DNA of 64,000 nucleotides from Promethearchaeia archaeon (GTDB lineage Archaea; Asgardarchaeota; Lokiarchaeia; Sigyniarchaeales; SOKP01): positions 61,368 through 125,367 of the forward strand of contig JAHQWL010000070.1 of NCBI GenBank assembly GCA_029856155.1, written 5' to 3'. Of this stretch, positions 31,551 to 41,372 are shown piece after piece. The notes beneath the pieces are model-generated. The model did not search any database and was not told where the DNA came from. It was given only the letters and a program-made list of their open reading frames with translations. Within the stretch, counting starts at the first letter, position 1, and the number at the start of each line of letters is the position of its first letter. The position numbers were made by a program, and so were the translations under genes.

Positions 31551-32171
31551 ATGCCTGCAAAAGGAGATGGTTTGGTTTCAAAACATATTAATAGACCTTT
31601 TTCTCGTCAACTTACCAAATTTATTTTGCATTTTTGGCCAAAATGTAACCCAAATCTAATATCTATTATATCCGCTTTAACTGGAATTATTGGTTCAATC
31701 TTATTTTTTATGAATTTTCCTTTTTTGGGAGTTGTTTTTATTCAAATTTCAAGTATAATTGATGGTTCTGATGGTGAAGTAGCCCGTGCCAATGGGAGAA
31801 CATCCTTTTTTGGAGGTTTCTTTGATTCTGTAATGGATCGTTATGTTGATGTTTTTATATTTGTAAGTCTCACGTTCTATTCTCTAAGAGTTCTTTTAAT
31901 TACACAAGCATTTTTATTAGGAATAATTGCTATAACTGGTGCCTATTCAATAAGCTATACTGCTGCTAAGGTCGAGTTAAAAGAAGAAATTAATTTTTCT
32001 AGAACAGTTCAAGGTCGTGATACACGACTGTTTATTGTGTTTTTAGCAGGAATTTGTGCAATATTCTCAGATTGGGCGATTCCAATATGCTTAATCTTAA
32101 TTTCAATTCTAACTCATGGATCTGTTATTTTAAGAATAAATCAAATCAGAAAAAATAGTGATTTAGACTGA
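31551..32171 (+). CDS. CDP-alcohol phosphotransferase, DIPP-synthase-like
   Basis: DGSDGEVAR...GGFFDSVMDRYVD signature; N-terminal GDGLVSKHINRPFS and GRDTR typical of the DIPPS type. Confidence 0.85.
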   Translation: MPAKGDGLVSKHINRPFSRQLTKFILHFWPKCNPNLISIISALTGIIGSILFFMNFPFLGVVFIQISSIIDGSDGEVARANGRTSFFGGFFDSVMDRYVDVFIFVSLTFYSLRVLLITQAFLLGIIAITGAYSISYTAAKVELKEEINFSRTVQGRDTRLFIVFLAGICAIFSDWAIPICLILISILTHGSVILRINQIRKNSDLD

Positions 32172-32238
32172 TATACTATATCAGCAGAATTCAACTATTT
32201 TTCATCAATTCTAATATTTTCTATAAATACTAATTTTC

Positions 32239-32868
32239 CTATATAAATGTTAACTCAAATTCATCTTCGACAACTTTTTCACTAGTTACATCCATATTAT
32301 TAATCTCTCGTTTTAACTTTAAAATTGCTCTTTCTAATATTTCCTTTTTTTTTATTCCTGTACACACAAATTTTCCAGTTGAAAAAAGTAGAAATACAGC
32401 ACGAGGATCTTTCATATTATATATTAAACCTGGAAAAACTTCAGGTTCATACATTACAAATTCCATGAGAAGAACCGCCTTATTCAAATTTATAATTGTA
32501 TGTAAATCACCATTTGCAACAATATTTTGAATAGTGATTTCGGGATCAGATGATCTAATACCAAACTTTTTTAATTTTTTTAATAATTTGCTGACTGCTT
32601 TCTCAGCATCTTGAACAAATTCGAGTCCAGTAACGACCATTTTACCGGTTGAGAAAATTAAAAATGTAGCTCGAGGATTATCCTGTCTGAAAATAACACC
32701 GGGGAACCTTTCAGGATGATATTCCGCGTCATATAATTTTTGCGCTATTTTAACAAGATCTAACTTTTCTGTAAGATCTATTTTTGCTGTTGCTACAATA
32801 TTATTTACTTTATAATCTAAGATATTATCAGATTCATCTATTTCTTTAGAATTCTTTATGTTTGTTAT
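32239..32868 (-). CDS. tbp: TATA-box-binding protein; probable ATA start at 32868
   Basis: Two TBP repeats: NIVATAK...EYHPERFPGVIFRQDNPRATFLIFSTGKMVVTG (mostly upstream of the track's ATG at 32640) and NIVANG...YEPEVFPGLIY...LFSTGKFVCTG. Confidence 0.95.
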   Translation of the reverse strand: MTNIKNSKEIDESDNILDYKVNNIVATAKIDLTEKLDLVKIAQKLYDAEYHPERFPGVIFRQDNPRATFLIFSTGKMVVTGLEFVQDAEKAVSKLLKKLKKFGIRSSDPEITIQNIVANGDLHTIINLNKAVLLMEFVMYEPEVFPGLIYNMKDPRAVFLLFSTGKFVCTGIKKKEILERAILKLKREINNMDVTSEKVVEDEFELTFI

Positions 32869-32870
32869 TT

Positions 32871-33131
32871 TTATCTCCTTTTTTCATTTTTTATTAATTT
32901 GATAATTTCATTTTTATAGAGCTGCTGATTTCCAGATGATTTCATTTTTTTTAACAACGTATGAATTTGTCGTTTTGCAATTGGTCTAAGTGTGTCGAGT
33001 TTTACCTTTATATTTTCATCATCTATAATGTTGGCTTTACGTGAAACTTCTCTTTTATAATTTAAATGGTCTTTATAGATTTTCCCCCTATAATGGTATT
33101 TTTTACATTTATTACAATAATATTTATGCAT
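32871..33131 (-). CDS. Small basic protein with CxxC-x3-H-x8-H zinc-finger-like N-terminus
   Basis: YYCNKCKKYHYRGKIYKDH; its stop lies 2 nt before the proposed TBP start. Confidence 0.7.
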   Translation of the reverse strand: MHKYYCNKCKKYHYRGKIYKDHLNYKREVSRKANIIDDENIKVKLDTLRPIAKRQIHTLLKKMKSSGNQQLYKNEIIKLIKNEKRR

Positions 33132-33580
33132 ATTACTTTCGCTTTTCTTTTGATAATGTTGATAATTTTTATACTAAATTTAGAAATTCTAACTTTAAGA
33201 TTCCATTTAATTAATTAATTTTTTAAATTAACTAATTTAAGTATATACATTAAAAAACTCTAATGGTAAAACAATTATTTTCTACTTTATTTCCATTTGA
33301 ATATCTCATTTGATATTCAGGTCAATTTAAAATAACAATTGCAATTAAAGGATATCAAATCATTTTTATATCTATTCTACTAATAAAAATTAGAATTTAT
33401 AATTTTTTCGAAAAATAAAAGATAGATTTGAAAGTTTTTTTTAAGACTGTAGTTACTTTTACATTCCTTTATCAGCCTATTTTTTAATTAAATCAACAAT
33501 TACGTTATCATAAATGATATTTTTTTTTATAATTTCTTCTAATGTTATATCATATCAAAATGAAAAATCTCTTGAAAATG

Positions 33581-34735
33581 TTAATAGGTACCTTTTTCAT
33601 TTTGTTCAGCCATTTTATCAATTGATTGTATACGTGCTTCTGAATTACCTTCAATAAATTCTTCTGTTAATTGATAAGCTTCGTCATCACTATATTGTAT
33701 TGGTGGATGTTTCATAAAATATGAAGAAGGACTATATAATACTCCACCTTGATTTCTATCAAGTGCTATTTTTAAATATCTTATAGCATCAATTACTACT
33801 CCTGCAGAATTAGGAGAATCTTCTACTGATAGGCGTAATTCGAGGTTTATTGGAATGTCTCCAAATATGTTCCCCTCCATTCTAATAAAACATACTTTAT
33901 TATCCTTTTGCCAAGGAACCCAATCACTTGGCCCAATATGTATATTTTCATTTTTCAATCTGACCGCAGTCTGAGATTGAACAGCTTCAGTTTTTGATCG
34001 TTTCTTGGAAATTAATCTACGCCTGTCAAGCATATTCAAGAAATCTGTATTACCCCCTGTATTAAGTTGATATGTTCGCTTAAGTTTTACGCCTCTTTTT
34101 TTGAAAAGATTTGTTAATACGCGGTGTACGATTGTCGCGCCGATTTGAGACTTAATATCATCACCTATTATTGGTATGTTATCATCTTTAAATCTCTGAG
34201 CCCATGTTGGATTACTCGCAATAAATACAGGAATACAGTTTATAAAGCCTACTTTTGCTTTTAACGCACATTCAGCATAAAATTTTGCTGCTTGCTCAGA
34301 TCCTACTGGAAGATAATTTATAAGCATATCTGCTTTTGATTTTTTGAGTTCTTGTATTATTTCTTCTTGTGTTAATTCCTTTTGATCAGATAAAATAAAT
34401 GTATGTTGTTCATCGTAGGATTGCATGTGATCTGCAAAACTATCCAAGATTTTTCCCATTTTAGTAATAACCCCTGTATTAGGGATATCTTTATAAAATA
34501 TTTTTGTGCAATTAGGTGGTTGAAAAATAGCCTTGGACATCTCCTTTCCAACTTTCCTTCGATCAATATCAAAAACAGCCACAACTTCAATATCTCCTGG
34601 TTTATACCCACCAATATCCCAGTGCATTAAGCCTATAGCATCCCTACTTTTTTTATTTTTATAATAGTGTATTCCTTGAATTAAAGAACAAGCACAATTA
34701 CCAAGTCCAGCAATCGCGATTTTAATTTTACTAAT
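33581..34735 (-). CDS. ino1: myo-Inositol-1(3)-phosphate synthase; probable ATT/ATA start
   Basis: Upstream in-frame KIKIAIAGLGNCACSLIQG Rossmann motif; NYLPVGS, GDDIKSQIGAT, GGNTDFLNM, EDSPNSAG. Confidence 0.95.
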   Translation of the reverse strand: MSKIKIAIAGLGNCACSLIQGIHYYKNKKSRDAIGLMHWDIGGYKPGDIEVVAVFDIDRRKVGKEMSKAIFQPPNCTKIFYKDIPNTGVITKMGKILDSFADHMQSYDEQHTFILSDQKELTQEEIIQELKKSKADMLINYLPVGSEQAAKFYAECALKAKVGFINCIPVFIASNPTWAQRFKDDNIPIIGDDIKSQIGATIVHRVLTNLFKKRGVKLKRTYQLNTGGNTDFLNMLDRRRLISKKRSKTEAVQSQTAVRLKNENIHIGPSDWVPWQKDNKVCFIRMEGNIFGDIPINLELRLSVEDSPNSAGVVIDAIRYLKIALDRNQGGVLYSPSSYFMKHPPIQYSDDEAYQLTEEFIEGNSEARIQSIDKMAEQNEKGTY

Positions 34736-34810
34736 TATTATACACCTCTCTGGTTTTCGAGTAACAATATTCTAATTTTAAATAATTTATTTTAACTATC
34801 TTTTAACATT

Positions 34811-35641
34811 TTATAATTCCTTCGTATCTGAATAAGTAATGTATCCTGTTGGAGCTAAGCCAAAAGGATAAATTTTAGAAGATTTATTAAAAAGTCTTTT
34901 TAGTTGATGATAGTTTTTATAATTGTCAATATCTAACCAAATTATATTCGAAAAATCGTAATAACCAACACTTAAATCTGAATCCAAGGCTGATAGAACA
35001 ATATCTGTTACTCCAAATCTATTAAAACGTGACTCGACTTTCATACATATCTTTTTAATAGTTTTAGTTTTTAATATAAATACTCCCATATCTAAACGGT
35101 TATAGTAAGTTAAATCTTTTCCAATTTTAAGTATGGATGTATTTTTTCCAACTACTTTTGTTGCATCATCCTTATCATAATATCCTTTTTTAAACATTGG
35201 ATCTGTTGCTAAAAGAATATCTTTTTTTTTATAATTTTTTTTGATTTTAGAGAAAATATTTTTCGAAAAAATATGATCAGCCATTGATAGCATAGTATAT
35301 TCTGAAGAAATTCTATTTAACCCTAAAAAAAGGCTATATCCATTTTCTCTCTCTGGAACCTTATTTTCAATAATATCTAATTCAAAATTTTTTAAACCAT
35401 TTGATAATCGAGTAATAGTTTTTAATATCCTTCTTCTATATCTTAATTTATTGAATATTTTACTAGTCACAATCTTTATTTTTATTATTCCTGCATTAAT
35501 CATTCCAGCGATGATATATCCTAAAATATTGGAGTTATTTAGTTCTAAAAAATACTTTTTCGATCTACTATCTATAAAATTAAATCGGCTAGAATCTCCT
35601 GCTGCTAGAATTAAACCTTCTAATTTATCATTAGTTATCAA
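34811..35641 (-). CDS. Nucleotidyltransferase, inositol-1-phosphate cytidylyltransferase (IPCT)-like
   Basis: LILAAGDSSRF, PERENGYSL, MADHIF, DATKV, DMGVF, WLDID; directly upstream of ino1. Confidence 0.82.
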   Translation of the reverse strand: MITNDKLEGLILAAGDSSRFNFIDSRSKKYFLELNNSNILGYIIAGMINAGIIKIKIVTSKIFNKLRYRRRILKTITRLSNGLKNFELDIIENKVPERENGYSLFLGLNRISSEYTMLSMADHIFSKNIFSKIKKNYKKKDILLATDPMFKKGYYDKDDATKVVGKNTSILKIGKDLTYYNRLDMGVFILKTKTIKKICMKVESRFNRFGVTDIVLSALDSDLSVGYYDFSNIIWLDIDNYKNYHQLKRLFNKSSKIYPFGLAPTGYITYSDTKEL

Positions 35642-36071
35642 TCATATCCACCTTTTTCATTGAAATTTCTATTAAAGGAAAAAAATTTAGATCATTAAAA
35701 TTTCCAAAATTCATATTTAATTAATATTTTGCCTTAATCAAGTATTCATATTCGCAAAATATTATATTTCTAATTTCTAAAAATCTATTGAAATATTTTT
35801 GAATTTCTTTCATAATTTAACTCATATTTCAATTATGTTATTAATAAGATTAGTAGGTATATAAGTTTTGGTCTTTAATGAAAAAAACAAATAACTTTTT
35901 AATTAAATAAAAGATCGTTTTAATAATAAATATCTTAATGATAATTTAGCCATTACTATTGATCTATTGGAATATGAGCAATTCTCTCATATTTATAGTT
36001 TATTGATATTCTTTTTATAGAAATCTAAATTACCTTTATTACTTAAAATTTACTAGTAGATATCGATTATT

Positions 36072-36920
36072 ATGACACTAGATGATAATGATGAGCATTT
36101 AGAAGATAAGCAATCTTTTTCAGAAAAGTTAAAAAAATACTTCAAAAATTTATTCGATTTTTCGAATTATGATGCTAAAACAATCGTGTACATTATTATA
36201 TTTATTGTCTTAATTGTTGCATCTTTAGTTTTACTATATGTAATATTTTTTGTAGATAATACTATCTTATATAAATTTGTCATAATTTGTTTTGTCAATC
36301 CCGTTTACAACTTAGGAATTATTGGTATCTTTCTTTTTATAGCCATTATGGGGGTTCAAGGACTTCTGGTTCCTCTTCCTTCTGAAATTGTGCTTTTAGC
36401 GACTGGCATGATTTGGGGTTGGTTTTTAGGAGGTTTGATGGGAATTATTGGTTCAATGGCTGCAGGAATATTATGTTATTATGTAAGTAAACGTGGTGGA
36501 AGGCCTTTGGCTGAAAAGTTTGTTGGTGAAAAAGCTATTGATATAGCTGATGAATTTATCCGAAAACATGGCATCAAGGCAATTATTATAACAAGGTTTA
36601 TTCCATTTATTCCGTTTGATGTGATATCCTACACTTCGGGATTAGTAGATATAGATATAAAAAAATATTCAATAGGAACCTTAATAGGGTCAATCTTTAG
36701 AGCATTTTTTTATGCTGCATTAGGTTGGTTACTATTTATGAGATTTAATCTTACCCTTCCCTTAGATTTTTATACATTGCCTTTTAACGTAATTATTGCA
36801 CAATCAAATTATTTCAATGCGATACTATTAATAATCTTAGCAGCTCTTGCCCTAATGATAGTCTTTTATTATCTACTAATTAAAAAATTAGAGAAGAAGA
36901 GAAACATAAAAAATGAATAA
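36072..36920 (+). CDS. TVP38/TMEM64 (DedA/VTT) membrane protein
   Basis: VPLPSEIV, RFIPFIPFDVISY motifs. Confidence 0.88.
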   Translation: MTLDDNDEHLEDKQSFSEKLKKYFKNLFDFSNYDAKTIVYIIIFIVLIVASLVLLYVIFFVDNTILYKFVIICFVNPVYNLGIIGIFLFIAIMGVQGLLVPLPSEIVLLATGMIWGWFLGGLMGIIGSMAAGILCYYVSKRGGRPLAEKFVGEKAIDIADEFIRKHGIKAIIITRFIPFIPFDVISYTSGLVDIDIKKYSIGTLIGSIFRAFFYAALGWLLFMRFNLTLPLDFYTLPFNVIIAQSNYFNAILLIILAALALMIVFYYLLIKKLEKKRNIKNE

Positions 36921-37410
36921 GGATGTTAGTTTTTATTAAAACCAATTTATAATATTGTGATATTATTTCTTTTTTTATATTTTCCTTAAAATATTTTAGC
37001 CTATGAATAAGAAGGAAAAACCATCTCAAGAAATAGGGTTTAAAAACTATAACGAATTGAATTTTAAAGAGTTTTACCGGGCTCTTAATGAAGCAATTTC
37101 TGATAATAATATGCAATCTATTTATGAGCTTTCGAAGATTTTCACTAGATATCTATTTAAAAAATTAAATAATTAACATTTTTTTTTGAAAGGGACAAAG
37201 GATATTATTGTTCATGTTTCTTGAGAGAATTAATAGTAGAATCTCCCTAGTATATCTTAGATCTTTTTTATAAAAAACTAACTTTTTTTGTGTACAAAAC
37301 TTGATTTGTTCGTAACTATAGTATAAAAAATTTTCGTTTTGAGTACTTTTATAAATTTGAAGACTATTCTTAACTTAAGTATTAAATAATAAATTAAATG
37401 AGGATATATA

Positions 37411-37668
37411 ATGACAGTTAGCGGAGAACAGACAAATTATGAGGAAATTTTGGAGTCTTCTCTAAGAGCCGATTTAGAATGGTTAGAACGAGAATTTGAG
37501 CTCCTATTTAAATATAAGAAAGAAAAAACCCAAAAAGACATAACTCTTGGTAACCGAATTCTCGATAATGTAATTGATAACATTAAAACAAATAATAGCG
37601 AAGAGTTACTTAATTTATTAGCTCTAACACTAAATAAAATTGAACATTCCTATCCTGAATTTTTTTAA
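37411..37668 (+). CDS. Hypothetical acidic helical protein
   Basis: 85 aa ORF with GAGG ribosome-binding site before the ATG. Confidence 0.65.
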   Translation: MTVSGEQTNYEEILESSLRADLEWLEREFELLFKYKKEKTQKDITLGNRILDNVIDNIKTNNSEELLNLLALTLNKIEHSYPEFF

Positions 37669-37930
37669 TTAGTTTTAATTCTCCGAATTCTATAGTCCAT
37701 AAATTTATATTATCTACTCAAATTTTAATTTTTAGACTATTCACTTAACTATAAGTGTATGAAATTAAGAAAAGTTAAGATATTAATAGAATTTAGATTC
37801 TTATTTGAAAAAGAAAAAATATTATAATACAGAGATTCATTATTAAAAAGAGAAATAACTAATGTAACTTAAAAATAATTTATTCTATAGATTAGTAAAT
37901 TACTAACAGATCATTATAAAAAGCTTAATT

Positions 37931-39016
37931 ATGGAAAGAATCATATTAACTCACTGGAATACATCAACAGGACCAGAACCCATTATCCAATATCCTCCAG
38001 ATAAATCTTTTCCTCCCAAAGATCTTTTTCTAAAAATTTGGGCGAAACATGAATTAAATAAAGAAAATTCTATAATTGAATTTGTTCCTGAAAATAGTGA
38101 AACTTGTTATCTTTCAATAATACAAAAATTTGAAGGAGAAATCTATTTTCTTATATTAGTTTATAATCAAAAAGAGATGATTGAAGATATAATAAAAGAA
38201 TCTCCCGAAATATTAGGTCTTATTAGTAAAAATTTAATAGAATTGATAAATACGAATAAAATTACTCGCACAATTTCTGAAGCATTTAACACGATTAGAA
38301 ATTATTCTAAATTAGATGAAGAAGAAAACCTGATTAACTTCTTTCAAGATCGAATCAAGTATACTATCTTACAAATTCTTAGAAAGGGAGTAATATCTAA
38401 ATCAGGGTTAATAAATATTCTAAAACATGAACATGGTTTCTCTACAGTAAATATTGATTTAATACTAATTTCCTTCCTTCATGAAAATTTAGTAGTAAAA
38501 AAAAATGTACCAGGAAGTAAAGAATGCTATTTTCTATTAAAGGATCTTTCTTGTACTAGGATTCCTCCAAACAATTTACCATTAGATCAGATAGATGAAA
38601 GTTCTTTAAAAAAATATGGAGAATCTTTAAAAAATTACTATTTTGATTATTACAATGTTTCAGAATTCGAAAATAAAACAATTATTCAGACAGTTCTTTT
38701 TAATAAAGATGTGTTTCATCTTATAAAAACGCTAAGAGAAAAACTGTTATCTGTAAATGATTGTTTGACTATTTTAAGCAATAAGGAAGAACTCTTTACG
38801 GAGCTATTAGATAAAAAATTTATTTATGAAGTAAAAGGTTTTGTGTACCTTTTTTCAGATGTTCGATTTATTAAATTTAAACCATATTACATCATAGAAA
38901 AGTTAGCAGAAAGATATAAAAATCAAGATATTTCTTTAAACGAATATATAGCGCATTTAAAGCTATTATCAAAGCAGATAGTGGAACCCTTATCCATTAA
39001 TTATGAAATAGTATAA
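37931..39016 (+). CDS. Protein with N-terminal longin/uDENN-like domain and helical/winged-helix C-terminus
   Basis: IILTHWNTSTGPEPIIQYP resembles the uDENN/longin first hairpin; fold inferred. Confidence 0.6.
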   Translation: MERIILTHWNTSTGPEPIIQYPPDKSFPPKDLFLKIWAKHELNKENSIIEFVPENSETCYLSIIQKFEGEIYFLILVYNQKEMIEDIIKESPEILGLISKNLIELINTNKITRTISEAFNTIRNYSKLDEEENLINFFQDRIKYTILQILRKGVISKSGLINILKHEHGFSTVNIDLILISFLHENLVVKKNVPGSKECYFLLKDLSCTRIPPNNLPLDQIDESSLKKYGESLKNYYFDYYNVSEFENKTIIQTVLFNKDVFHLIKTLREKLLSVNDCLTILSNKEELFTELLDKKFIYEVKGFVYLFSDVRFIKFKPYYIIEKLAERYKNQDISLNEYIAHLKLLSKQIVEPLSINYEIV

Positions 39017-39136
39017 GTAACCCAATTTCTTAATTCCTTTTTTCAACTTTTCTATAAGAAAATAAAGTTATATATAGTAAATCATCTAATTTTATACCGT
39101 TTATATACATTATATTTCAAAAAAAAGTGATGACAT

Positions 39137-39895
39137 ATGGGTCTTGAATTAGTAGATGTCCTTCAAGGCAGCTTTAGTCTTGTATTTGTAATTATTTCTC
39201 TTATTATTGGAATTACAATCCTCTCTAAATATTCTCAATTTAAAAATCGACTGTATATATTAGTAGGACTTAGCTGGATCGGCGTTAGCATTCCCTGGGT
39301 TCCAGATTCAGTTAGCTTCTTAATGAATATCTTTGTTCAGCAATCACTTCCTGTTGGATTGTATTTTATTATCGGTAATGTCTTTTTACCAATAGCTCTT
39401 ATAACTTGGCTGACAGCATTTACTGACATGATTTACAGAAATGCACAGAAGAAAATATTGATTATTACAATTATTCTTTCGATACTATTTGAGATTATAT
39501 TTTTCACATTGTTCTTTATTGACATAGATTTGATCGGAGTTATTAATCCTAACAGACCTTTTACTGTAGAATTTGATATTTTCATAACTGTCTACTTATT
39601 ACTTATCATCTTAGTTATGCTAATTACAGGAGTTATATTTGCTCAAAAATCAGTTAAGTTAGAAAATCGAGACGTACGATTGAAAGGCAAATTACTCCGT
39701 GCAGCATTTATTACATTTACTATTGCTGCCATTTTAGATTCCTTGCTTGGTACTATTTTTGAAGATCCCACTGATCCTCTCTTAGCGATTATGGTTGTGA
39801 TCGTAAGAATCTTGTTAATCTTCAGCGCTTTGGAATTCTATGGAGGTTTTTTACTTCCCAAGTGGATGAAAGAGCTATTCATGAAAAAAGAATAA
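39137..39895 (+). CDS. Seven-TM membrane protein (stand-alone sensor-like)
   Basis: About 7 hydrophobic helices; ends YGGFLLPKWMK. Confidence 0.7.
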   Translation: MGLELVDVLQGSFSLVFVIISLIIGITILSKYSQFKNRLYILVGLSWIGVSIPWVPDSVSFLMNIFVQQSLPVGLYFIIGNVFLPIALITWLTAFTDMIYRNAQKKILIITIILSILFEIIFFTLFFIDIDLIGVINPNRPFTVEFDIFITVYLLLIILVMLITGVIFAQKSVKLENRDVRLKGKLLRAAFITFTIAAILDSLLGTIFEDPTDPLLAIMVVIVRILLIFSALEFYGGFLLPKWMKELFMKKE

Positions 39896-39938
39896 TATTT
39901 TTTTTTTCTATTTTTATCTTATATAAATAAAAAATCCG

Positions 39939-40631
39939 TTAGGTTGTTAAGATCGAGGTATCTGAAAATGATTTGTCAATTGGGGCTTTACCATCTCCAT
40001 ATATATGATATAATCCACATCTTCTAGCTATCTCATAAAAACTACGATAAATGTCTTTTTCTTGATCAAATAATGCACAAGTTTTATATATTAAGGGGTT
40101 CCAAATATAAAATTTATTCTTCGGCTCATACCAAAGTTTCTCATTTTTTAAAATCTGAATAAAATCTTCATCACTAATCACAGCTTTAAGATCTTGTTTA
40201 TTTAGCATAACTATAAATGGGATTTCTTTAATAAGTCGATTTTTTGTAATACTTTTTAATTCTAATAAAAATTCAAGATTGTCCTCAAAAAATTTTATTT
40301 GAGAATCAACTACAAAAATTACAGCATCAGTTTCAGCATCAAGCTTATTAAATACTTTAATTCTTAATGAACTGAACCCTTTTTGACCGGCAACTGTATA
40401 TACTCTATAATATACCTTCCTCTTTTTTGTTGACTGAAAAATTCCTCGGTCAAAATAAAGTGTAGCACCACTTGTTCTATCGATTTTTTGCAAATCACTA
40501 ACAGGAACGATTTCCCTATTTCCATCTTTAGTTAACTTATAAAGAGTTTCTAATATAGTAGTCTTTCCTGATCCTGCCATACCATAGTATACAATCTTTA
40601 GATACGTATTTCCATTTTTTTGTTGAACCAT
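39939..40631 (-). CDS. MglA-like small GTPase
   Basis: KIVYYGMAGSGKTT, TLYFD, YTVAGQ (MglA-type G3), NKQD. Confidence 0.85.
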   Translation of the reverse strand: MVQQKNGNTYLKIVYYGMAGSGKTTILETLYKLTKDGNREIVPVSDLQKIDRTSGATLYFDRGIFQSTKKRKVYYRVYTVAGQKGFSSLRIKVFNKLDAETDAVIFVVDSQIKFFEDNLEFLLELKSITKNRLIKEIPFIVMLNKQDLKAVISDEDFIQILKNEKLWYEPKNKFYIWNPLIYKTCALFDQEKDIYRSFYEIARRCGLYHIYGDGKAPIDKSFSDTSILTT

Positions 40632-40832
40632 TGAGGGATCTCCGGAGAATAAATAATATTACTTGCGCTTTATTCAAATAAATATGATTAATATTTATTA
40701 AAACAATTTTCAGAATTAAAAATATTGCATCTTAAAATTATTTTTAAGAATACAATAATTTTTTTACAATGAATAATGATTCTCTCATAGAATAAGAAGT
40801 TCAGTAATAAAAAGCTAAAAAAAAAAGAAATT

Positions 40833-41357
40833 ATGGATGAATATACTGATTCAGACTGGAACTGGGATTTTTATAACGAACTTGTAGATGATGTAGAGGA
40901 AAATAAAAATATTATTCAGTGTATTTCTTGTGGAAAATGTGTTGGAGATTGCCCCGCTACAAAAGTTTCTGAATTCAATATAAGAAAAATAATTAGTAAG
41001 GTTCTTCGAGGAGATAAAAGTGTTTTAAAGGATTCTGATATTTGGTATTGTTATTTATGTGAAAGATGTAAAAGAGTTTGTCCAAAAGATAATATAAATA
41101 TCCCATTACTAATTATTAATTTGAGGAATGAAAGCTTTAAAAAAGGATTTGGTCCTCGGTACAATGATTTACGTAAATACGTAGAGATGTCAGAAAGATT
41201 TTTAACTAACGGTACTGTTTTGGAAGATCCTTTAGATGGTGGATTACCACCGGAACGCATGGAAGAATTAAATGAAATTTGTAATTTTGCTCGAATAAAA
41301 TATGTTTTTAAAGCAAGGAAAAATAAAAGCAAAGCAAAAAACAAAAAAAGATCATAA
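40833..41357 (+). CDS. hdrC: Heterodisulfide reductase subunit C-like protein
   Basis: CISCGKCVGDCP and IWYCYLCERCKRVCP; upstream of hdrB. Confidence 0.85.
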   Translation: MDEYTDSDWNWDFYNELVDDVEENKNIIQCISCGKCVGDCPATKVSEFNIRKIISKVLRGDKSVLKDSDIWYCYLCERCKRVCPKDNINIPLLIINLRNESFKKGFGPRYNDLRKYVEMSERFLTNGTVLEDPLDGGLPPERMEELNEICNFARIKYVFKARKNKSKAKNKKRS

Positions 41358-41372
41358 TCGAGATTCAAAAAA

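Noticed and set aside
36880-37116. 78-aa minus-strand ORF in an intergenic region
   Set aside because: Low-complexity AT-rich translation overlapping the TVP38 3' end; unsupported
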